Assembly: GCA_963695555.1 (NCBI GenBank)
Contig: CAVOGR010000002.1
Coordinates: forward strand, 1-64,000
From: an uncultured Gemmatimonadales bacterium
GTDB taxonomy: Bacteria; Gemmatimonadota; Gemmatimonadetes; Gemmatimonadales; GWC2-71-9
Reading direction: 5' to 3'
DNA length: 64,000 bases
A program made the translations under genes and the position numbers. A model generated the notes under the pieces. The model was not told the DNA's origin. It worked only from the letters and a program-made list of their open reading frames with translations, and ran no database searches. Positions within the stretch are counted from its first letter, which is position 1. Each line of letters starts with the position of its first letter. Below are positions 57,106-64,000 of this stretch, piece after piece.

Positions 57106-59239
57106 CGGTCGGCCATCCCTTCTCGAGCGCAGGCGCGTAGTAATCGCCTGCGTACTGTTCGAGCATGCGGCGCGCGGTAAAGTGTCGGGTGGAGGTCCAC
57201 ATGGCCTGTTTCATCCGGGCAATCCACTGGCGTGGGATGCCCCGGTCACCGCGCTCATAGAAGAGCGGCACGACTTGCTCCTCTAATAATGTATACAGCT
57301 GCTCGGCAGCGGCCGCATCCTGGTCCTCGTTGTCGGGAGCCGCGGTGATGGTCCAGCCGTTGAGTCCGGTCTGTCCCTCGGCCCACCAGCCGTCATCGGT
57401 GCTGAGCTGGGGCACGCCGTTCAAGGCCGCCTTCATGCCACTCGTGCCAGAGGCTTCGTACGGAACGCGAGGGGTGTTGAGCCACAGGTCGACGCCCTGA
57501 ACCAACCGGTGTGCCATGTGCAGCTCGTAATCCTCGAGGAAAGCGATCCGCCCCTCGAAGCGGCGGTCGCGAGTCGCCGCGGACACCAGTTGGAGCATGC
57601 CCTTGCCGACCTCGTCGGCGGGATGGGCCTTGCCGGCGAAGATCAACTGGACCGGCCGCTGCGGATTCAACAGCAACCGGCGGAGGCGCTCCGGGTCGCG
57701 AAACAGGAGGCCGGCCCGCTTGTAGCCCGCGAATCGACGCGCGAACCCGATGGTCATGGCGCCGCCGTGCAGCAGCGTGCCCGCGCCGATCAAATGGGCC
57801 GCATCCTGCCAGCGATCGCGCCAACGGATCCGGGCCTCGTCGCGGATGAAATCCATGAGCGACGCCTTGAGTACCGAATGCACTTCCCACAATTCTTTGT
57901 CATCGAGCGATAGGATCTGATCGAGGCGATCCGGATCCTCGGCCGTTTCCCAATCGGGGCCCAGGTGTCGGTCGAGCAGTTCCTTGATCCGATGTGACAT
58001 CCAGGTATTGAGGTGGACGCCGTTGGTCACGTACTTGATCGGGACTTTCGCCTCGGCCCGGCCGGGCCACAGCATCTCCCACATGCGGCGGGACACGGCC
58101 CCGTGAACCCGGGACACGCCCACCACCCGGCCCGACAGCCGGATGGCCACGGCCGTCATGTGAAAGCGTTGATGGTCGAGGCCGGGATGGTGACCCAGCT
58201 GATCGAGCGTCGCCTGATCGACTCCGAAACTCTCCAGGTACCCACCCATCACCTGATGGAACAGCTCGCTGGAGAAGATGTCGTGGCCCGCCGGAACCGG
58301 GGTGTGGGTGGTGAAAAGGCTCCGGCCTCGAACTTCGCGGATGGCATCCGGCAGCGCAGATCCGGCCTGCACCAGCTCCCTCACACGTTCGAGCAACATG
58401 AAGGCCGCGTGTCCCTCATTGGCGTGCCAGGCGCTGGGGTCGATTCCGAGCGCACGCAACACCCGCACGCCACCAATGCCGAGGATGGCTTCCTGCCGGA
58501 GCCTGAGTTCGGGACCTCCAGCGTAGAGGTTGTGCGACAGGGGTCGGTCTTCGGGGTCGTTGCCGTCGACGTCGGTATCGAGCAGGTAGAGCGGCACCCG
58601 CCCCACCTGCATCTTCCAGGCGCCGAGGTGGACCGTGCGGCCTGATATCAGGAGGCTCGCGAGCTGGGGTTGACCGTCGGCGTTCAGTACTCGGGTAAGT
58701 GGCGTCACCGTAGGATCGAACTGCTCTGGCACGTCTTCCTGCCAGCCGTCCAGCCGAATGCGCTGGTCGAAATACCCACGGGTGTACAGGAGACCGATAC
58801 CCACGAGCGGCACGCCGAGGTCCGAGGCGGCCTTGCAGTGGTCGCCGGCCAAGACACCGAGGCCGCCCGAGTAGATGGCCACCGAATTGTGGAGCGCGAA
58901 TTCGGCGCAGAAATACGCGATCGGCTTCCCGGCTAAGTCTGGGTACTGCTCGGAAAACCACCCGCCGTCGGATTCGGTCGAGGCGGTGAAGTCCTGCATG
59001 GTCGAATCGAACAGTTGCAGAAAATCCGGGTTGCGGGCGCAGGTCTCGAGGCGCCTGGGTTCCACCCGCTGCAACAGCGCGATCGGATTGTGCCGGGTGT
59101 CGTGCCAGAGCGGCCCATCGATGGCCCGGAACAGCATCCGGGCATCCCGGTTCCAGCTCCAGAACAGGTTGGCGGCAAGCGCGGCCAGCCCGGCGAGGCG
59201 CTCGGGGAGCGGCTGAAACGGGCCCGGATTATCGGTCAT
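57086..59239 (-). CDS. glgP: Alpha-glucan (glycogen) phosphorylase
   Basis: YSGGLGVLAGD, NEGH, FTTHTPVPAGHD, FARRF..YKR, EASGTSGMK. Confidence 0.95.
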   Translation of the reverse strand: MTDNPGPFQPLPERLAGLAALAANLFWSWNRDARMLFRAIDGPLWHDTRHNPIALLQRVEPRRLETCARNPDFLQLFDSTMQDFTASTESDGGWFSEQYPDLAGKPIAYFCAEFALHNSVAIYSGGLGVLAGDHCKAASDLGVPLVGIGLLYTRGYFDQRIRLDGWQEDVPEQFDPTVTPLTRVLNADGQPQLASLLISGRTVHLGAWKMQVGRVPLYLLDTDVDGNDPEDRPLSHNLYAGGPELRLRQEAILGIGGVRVLRALGIDPSAWHANEGHAAFMLLERVRELVQAGSALPDAIREVRGRSLFTTHTPVPAGHDIFSSELFHQVMGGYLESFGVDQATLDQLGHHPGLDHQRFHMTAVAIRLSGRVVGVSRVHGAVSRRMWEMLWPGRAEAKVPIKYVTNGVHLNTWMSHRIKELLDRHLGPDWETAEDPDRLDQILSLDDKELWEVHSVLKASLMDFIRDEARIRWRDRWQDAAHLIGAGTLLHGGAMTIGFARRFAGYKRAGLLFRDPERLRRLLLNPQRPVQLIFAGKAHPADEVGKGMLQLVSAATRDRRFEGRIAFLEDYELHMAHRLVQGVDLWLNTPRVPYEASGTSGMKAALNGVPQLSTDDGWWAEGQTGLNGWTITAAPDNEDQDAAAAEQLYTLLEEQVVPLFYERGDRGIPRQWIARMKQAMWTSTRHFTARRMLEQYAGDYYAPALEKGWPTDDPPTG

Positions 59240-59378
59240 CGGGTCTGGGCAATGGAGTCATGCGGCCTATAAGAAAACACTGAGCGGACTGGTTGACTAG
59301 CCTGGCCAGATGCCCGGAGGACGGACGGGAGTCATCGAGGCCTCTGGAGTGCCCGATCTCGCCCTGCCGCAATGCACT

Positions 59379-59404
59379 GAGGCCCGGCGTCTCCGCCGGG
59401 CCTC
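59379..59404. terminator. GC hairpin downstream of fasciclin gene
   Basis: GAGGCCCGGCG-tctc-CGCCGGGCCTC. Confidence 0.5.
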
Positions 59405-59435
59405 GCACAGTGCCCTCGAACCGACTTCTCCAGGG

Positions 59436-59996
59436 CTACGGGAGAAGCACGGTATCGATGATGTGGATGACGCCGTTCTGTGCTGCGATATCGGTCGTCA
59501 CGATTTGGGCATCGTTGATGAATGCTCCCAAGGCCGTCACGGAAATCGCCGCAAAGCTCTTGTTCAGCATCCGGATCTGACTGGACGACACGACGCTGGC
59601 CGCGAAGCGGCGGCCTGGCGCCACGTGGTACAACAGGATGTCGGTCAGGGCGTCCGTCGGCAGCGAGCCGATGCTGGTGGCATCGAGCCCGAGCTTGGCG
59701 AACGCCGCATCCGTGGGCGCGAACACGGTGAACTGTCGATTGACATCCAGCGTCTCCACCAAGTCGGCCGCGACGAGCGCCGCGATCAGCGTCGAGAACT
59801 CGCCACTCTGCTGATTCACCGCCAGGGCGATGTCGACGATGCTCTCGCCCTGTGGCCCAACGCCGTTGGGACTGCCACCGCGCGCGGTCTGGGTCTCAGG
59901 AGCGGCCACTTCGGTGGGCGATTCCATGTCCGAGCATGCCGTGGCCACCAGGGCCACGGACAGGACCATCGAGAGGTGCAACGCCTTCCGGATCAT
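59436..59996 (-). CDS. Fasciclin (FAS1) domain lipoprotein
   Basis: ATAC lipobox; FSTL, FTVFAPTDAAF, ILLYHV, NGVIHIIDTVLLP. Confidence 0.95.
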   Translation of the reverse strand: MIRKALHLSMVLSVALVATACSDMESPTEVAAPETQTARGGSPNGVGPQGESIVDIALAVNQQSGEFSTLIAALVAADLVETLDVNRQFTVFAPTDAAFAKLGLDATSIGSLPTDALTDILLYHVAPGRRFAASVVSSSQIRMLNKSFAAISVTALGAFINDAQIVTTDIAAQNGVIHIIDTVLLP

Positions 59997-60041
59997 CTTG
60001 GGTGCCTCCTATAAGTGTTCGAAGCGAGTTGTACAGCCCAC

Positions 60042-60098
60042 ACGTTACCACCCAGTTTGTGGTTTGTCAATAGTTTGTCTAACTATAAAGTTGGACAA
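60042..60098 (-). promoter_or_regulatory. sigma70 promoter with adjacent operator-like dyad
   Basis: TTGACA-N17-TAACGT (extended TG); TAGACA 11 bp upstream; TTGTCTAAC-N6-GTTGGACAA dyad at 60075-60098. Confidence 0.7.
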
Positions 60099-60287
60099 TA
60101 GCTAGACCGACAACTGAGCGGCGGTAGGATCCAACGCCAGCCTGGCACCTAAGTGCTTGTATGATATGTGATTATGGGACTGCCGGTGGGCAGGCCTGGG
60201 CGTCGGGCCGACCGGGAGCACCGGGCGACTCGCCGACAACCATCCCGGCCTTCGCACCTGCCGAGCGGCTGCTCTAGCTGTCTGGCC

Positions 60288-62835
60288 CTACTCCTCCCGC
60301 TCTGCCGCCAAGACCTCCGGTGTCAGCGGCTGTTGGCCGGCCCGGAGCGCCTCGATCCAGGCCTCGCGCCTGGCCTTCCGGTCGGCCTCGGACGTCGCCG
60401 CCACGAAGGCCTCGAGGTCCTGAATGGCGCCCTCAGTGTTGCCGGTGAGGGCGCGCACGATGCCACGGCTGTCCTTGATGTTCGCGTTGTCGGGTGCCAA
60501 CGCCACCGCCCGGTCACAGGCGGACACTACCTCCGCCGCCGAGTTCCAGAGCCCACCCCAATAACAGAGCGTGTTCCAGGCCGGCGCGGTGATCACGAGC
60601 TTCGCACTCCGGCGCTGAGCGGCTGTGTACCGGGACACCGCGTCCGCCACACTGCCCGAGCGCACCAGCTCCTGGCCTTCGCGAACCAGCGACAGGGCCT
60701 CGGTGTATTCAGCACCAGGCCAGAGCTGGATCAATTGCGCCTCCTCCAGATTGGTCAGGTACTGGAGCACGGCCTCCGCCGTGACCGTGCCGTAGTAACT
60801 CTCCCCCGCCTCCCGCGCTTCGGCCGCCACGAAGCGGGCAATGTCGAGTCCACTTCGCCTGCCGTCGACCGCGTTCATGGCCTCGAAGCGCATGAGCGAG
60901 CGGATGCCAGGCACGAAAGTGACGCGCCCTCGTTGGCGGAGAAACTCCGCCGGCCCCGCGACGAGCGCTGGCGTGAGCTCGGCCAGCCGCTCCTCGGCCG
61001 CCGAGCGATTGGCCGGCGGCACCTGTCGCTTGCCTGTCAGCTGCCGATACACCAACCCGACTTCACGGAGGGCCTGCGCCTCGCGCCGGTCGAGCTCCTG
61101 GAGGAACGGGTCGGTGAAGCGCGCCGCGCTTGGATCGACCTGCTCGAGCGAGGCGAGTGCCAGCCGCTCCCGCTGGGTCGCGTACCATACCTGATCCACG
61201 GCCTGCCGGTATGCCGCGTCTCTGTCGGATGCGCCCGCAATCCACGACAGTGCGAGCCGAACGTTTCGGCCCAAGCGCTCGAACCCGCGGCCGGCGGTGG
61301 CCGCGCCCAGCGCCGGCACCGATCCGCTGTCAGCGGAGGCCATGATGTAGGCCATGAGTCCCACCGCGGCCGCGCTCCGGCCGAGTTGGGTGCGATCGAT
61401 GTTCCAGAGATCGTCGTCGCTCGAGTGGATGTAGCGGTCGGGCATGTTGGTGAAGGTGACGCCCGGCACACCGATCGGCGCCTCGATGAACGTCATGTGA
61501 TCGGTGCTGGTGTGGTTGAAGATCATCTCGGCGTTGTAGCGGTGCCGCGTGCCGAGGTGGGCCAGGTGGGCTTGGATAGAGCGGGATACCGCCCTCGGCT
61601 GCGCCAGCTCGACGTGTTGGCCGCCACCATGTACTCGATCACCGACTCGACCACGTCGTTGAAGAAGTGGAACCGCGTCGCCGGCAGCCGCGTGACGTTC
61701 TGCTTCCGCATCACGTCCTGGGCCTGGTTGGCGCCCACCATGTCCTGATTGACGTTCACCCACATAGTGCGGTGGGCGTCGGGATGGTCGGCGAAGTACT
61801 GCCGCTGGCTCGAGATTTCGGTGACCCACCAGAACCGGATGGTCCGCCGCGGGCGCGGCAGCACGCCGCTGGCGATGAGCCGGTTCAGCGCCCGGGCCAC
61901 CTCGAGCACGCTCGCCGAGCCGCTCGCGTCGTCGTTGGCCGAGGTGCCTTCCTCCTGGAGGTGTCCGGTGAGCACGATGTCCTGGCCGAGGGTGGGCTCG
62001 GTCCCGCGGATGAAGGCTTCGACCATCACCTGCCACGGCTCGCTGCCCTGTGTGGACGTCGAAGCCGCGTCGACCACCGCCCGTACCGTGATCGGCTCTG
62101 TGCGCCTGGGCGAGTCGGTTCGCTGAGTAGCGACCCCCTGACGCGAGCGAGAGGCCAAACGCGAAGGTCGGCTCGTGTCCGTCCGATCCTCGGCTGGGGA
62201 TGCTGATCCACCGCAGCTGGTCGGGGCGGGCGAACCCGGCTCCGCTGATGCCGACGTCGGATGCGAACGGGCTCGGATACCAGATGATGCCGAGCGCCCC
62301 GCGGTTCCACACCGCCTCGCGCATCGCCCCGTTCAGCGACCCGTAGGTCAGCACGATCTTCCCGGCGACGTCCTTGCCCTGGTAGTCCGCCGCATCGCCT
62401 GCGCCGAGGTCGATCAATTCGGCGGTGACGTCGGTCGGTCGGCTGTAGTCGGCCAGGTGCAGCACCGATTGGAGTGTCGAGGCGAGCCGTTCAGGCTCCG
62501 GCTCGACGATCCAAAGATCGGCGAACTTGGCGTTCCAGGGGATGGTGGTGCTGGCCTGCTTGATCAGCTGAACATCGCTCAGGCCGAATTCAGTTGCCTT
62601 CTCGGCCACGTACTCAGCAACGCTCCAGAGCCCATCCGACCCGCCACGCGGGCGATGGAATTGGGTCATGAACCGGATGTGCTCCGTAGGCGGCGTCACC
62701 CGAGATCTCTTGGCTGATGAGTTGGGTCTGAGCGGGATCGAGCAGCGAAAGATCCTGGGCCTGGGCTTCGCCTGTCATCAGACATCCGAGGATCCCCAAC
62801 CCGACCCACACCTGGAAGCTCCGGGGGTGTATCAT
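60288..62835 (-). CDS. M28 family peptidase with PA domain and C-terminal TPR (frameshifts near 62690, 62100-62140, 61600)
   Basis: Signal peptide; DYQGKDVAGKIVL; GHLQE, ANDDASG, NQDMVG, STDH, YIHSSDD; spread over three ORFs. Confidence 0.8.
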
Positions 62836-63034
62836 GGTGCCGCACTCCGATTGAGGCTGACTATGGGATGGTCACGAGACCAAGGTAGCATATCAGGGAG
62901 TAGGGAGTAGGGAGTAGGAGTTGGCCTAAAGACGCTTCCTGCCCCCTACTCCCCACTCCCTACTCCCGAAATCACCGCAGCTTGCCAGACTCCCGAGGCG
63001 TCCGGGCCCCTGCAGGATCTTGCAAGGCACCTCT

Positions 63035-63082
63035 TAAGTCCTTGCCAGCATAAGCGTTCGTTCCTCCGGCACCCGTATTGCT
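63035..63082 (+). promoter_or_regulatory. Probable sigma54 promoter with IHF-like site
   Basis: cGGCACccgtaTTGCt (GG-N10-GC at 63068-63081); TAAgtccTTG at 63035. Confidence 0.5.
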
Positions 63083-63160
63083 GATTTCCACTCTTTGTCC
63101 CCGCTTGCGATTCCCGATAGAGGGCTCGCGCTCGTGGGTGCCACCACCGGAGGCTGGGCA

Positions 63161-63508
63161 ATGTCGAAACGGTTCATGCTGCTGAGAATCCTTCCCGGAG
63201 TGCTGCTCCTGGCTCTGGGGGCGACCCCGCTCATGGGGCAAGGGAAGTCGGGGAAGGGATTCGAGGTCTCGGACGATCGTGCGGTCACGGTGACGCGGGA
63301 AGTGCTCGTCAAGGACGGGTACAACGTGGTACGGGTCGAGCGGGTGGGTGAGACGCAGGTCGTCTACTACCGCCGCGGCAACATGGGCAAGGGCAAGGGC
63401 AAAGGCCCGCTCCAGAAGCTGGTCATCCGCCGCGTAGCCAACCGCATCGTGTTCGAGGACACGGCGCCGGACATCCTGGTGAACATCGAGCTCAAGTTGA
63501 GGCTCTGA
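63161..63508 (+). CDS. Hypothetical secreted protein
   Basis: GGAGG RBS, signal peptide, YYRRGNMGKGKGKGP. Confidence 0.75.
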   Translation: MSKRFMLLRILPGVLLLALGATPLMGQGKSGKGFEVSDDRAVTVTREVLVKDGYNVVRVERVGETQVVYYRRGNMGKGKGKGPLQKLVIRRVANRIVFEDTAPDILVNIELKLRL

Positions 63509-63530
63509 CCTGACTATTCAGGAGGAACTC

Positions 63531-63662
63531 GTGATGGTCTCCGGACAAGTCAACAAGAGCAGCACCAAGCGCGGCCGTGTTATGCTGATTCTCCTGGCGG
63601 CCCTGCTGACCGCCGTGACGCTCTACGGCTATTACTTGGGGAGGAGCATCGTGGGGTCCTAG
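63531..63662 (+). CDS. Small (43 aa) single-TM protein
   Basis: AGGAGG RBS; MMVSGQVNKSSTKRGRVMLILLAALLTAVTLYGYYLGRSIVGS*; not in ORF track. Confidence 0.6.
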   Translation: MMVSGQVNKSSTKRGRVMLILLAALLTAVTLYGYYLGRSIVGS

Positions 63663-63682
63663 GTGATGGTCCGTCTCACAAA

Positions 63683-63720
63683 GAAAGCCCCAGGCCCTGG
63701 ATCCGGGACCTGGGGCTTTC
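63683..63720. terminator. Bidirectional hairpin between convergent small genes
   Basis: GAAAGCCCCAGG...CCTGGGGCTTTC. Confidence 0.7.
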
Positions 63721-63742
63721 GCATGAGTGAGACGCGGCGCCT

Positions 63743-63850
63743 CTACCCTTCCTCGCGCACGTCCTTATTCATGACGAGAATCAATCCGCCTGCGAACACG
63801 ATCGCAAACACCACGATACCCACGACCCCGACGAGTACCTCGATCTTCAT
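63743..63850 (-). CDS. Small (35 aa) single-TM protein
   Basis: GGAGG RBS; MKIEVLVGVVGIVVFAIVFAGGLILVMNKDVREEG*. Confidence 0.6.
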   Translation of the reverse strand: MKIEVLVGVVGIVVFAIVFAGGLILVMNKDVREEG

Positions 63851-64000
63851 CTCGGCCTCCTGGTGGCCGCGGCCAACGCAAGGATAGATGGCACCCAGAG
63901 ACCCACGAAGATGCCGGCGTCCTTTTCCACGAAGAACCACAGAACCACAGAGAACACAAATGAGATGAAGGCCGCAATGAGGAACAGGGTCAGTGGCCAG

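Noticed and set aside
60143..60157. sigma54 promoter TGGCACCTAAGTGCT
   Set aside because: GG-GC spacing is 9 rather than 10, and no + strand gene follows

Overview
GC-rich bacterial window, probably from Gemmatimonadota (inferred from the gene families present and the heptamer/octamer arrays between genes). Most genes are on the - strand. Scattered single-base frameshifts with intact motifs look like long-read indel errors. The main feature is a ~16-kb, 12-gene operon (9566-25112) that reads as an unusual membrane-lipid biosynthesis cluster: PPTase, SDR, ACP, two cobalamin-binding radical SAM enzymes, FkbH, methyltransferase, carbamoyltransferase, a 1401-aa PlsA/Ger-type ester reductase, DAG kinase, CDP-alcohol phosphatidyltransferase and a third radical SAM enzyme. 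It has no PKS or NRPS. A second CDP-alcohol transferase and a membrane hydrolase converge on it. Seven upstream regions, including this operon's, share the exact geometry TTGA(C)NN-N4-TTGA(C)NN-N8-(-10), typical of SARP activator boxes, and a Ser/Thr kinase-SARP gene pair lies at 34636-39371. Other content: a ~200-bp conserved upstream element in three copies, a four-helix-bundle gene between inverted heptamer arrays, four REP-like palindromes, an IPC-synthase-like/SDR operon, a GH57-based glycogen cluster, pilT, rpsU, peptidases and secreted paralogues. No rRNA, tRNA, CRISPR array, integrase or transposase was recognised.
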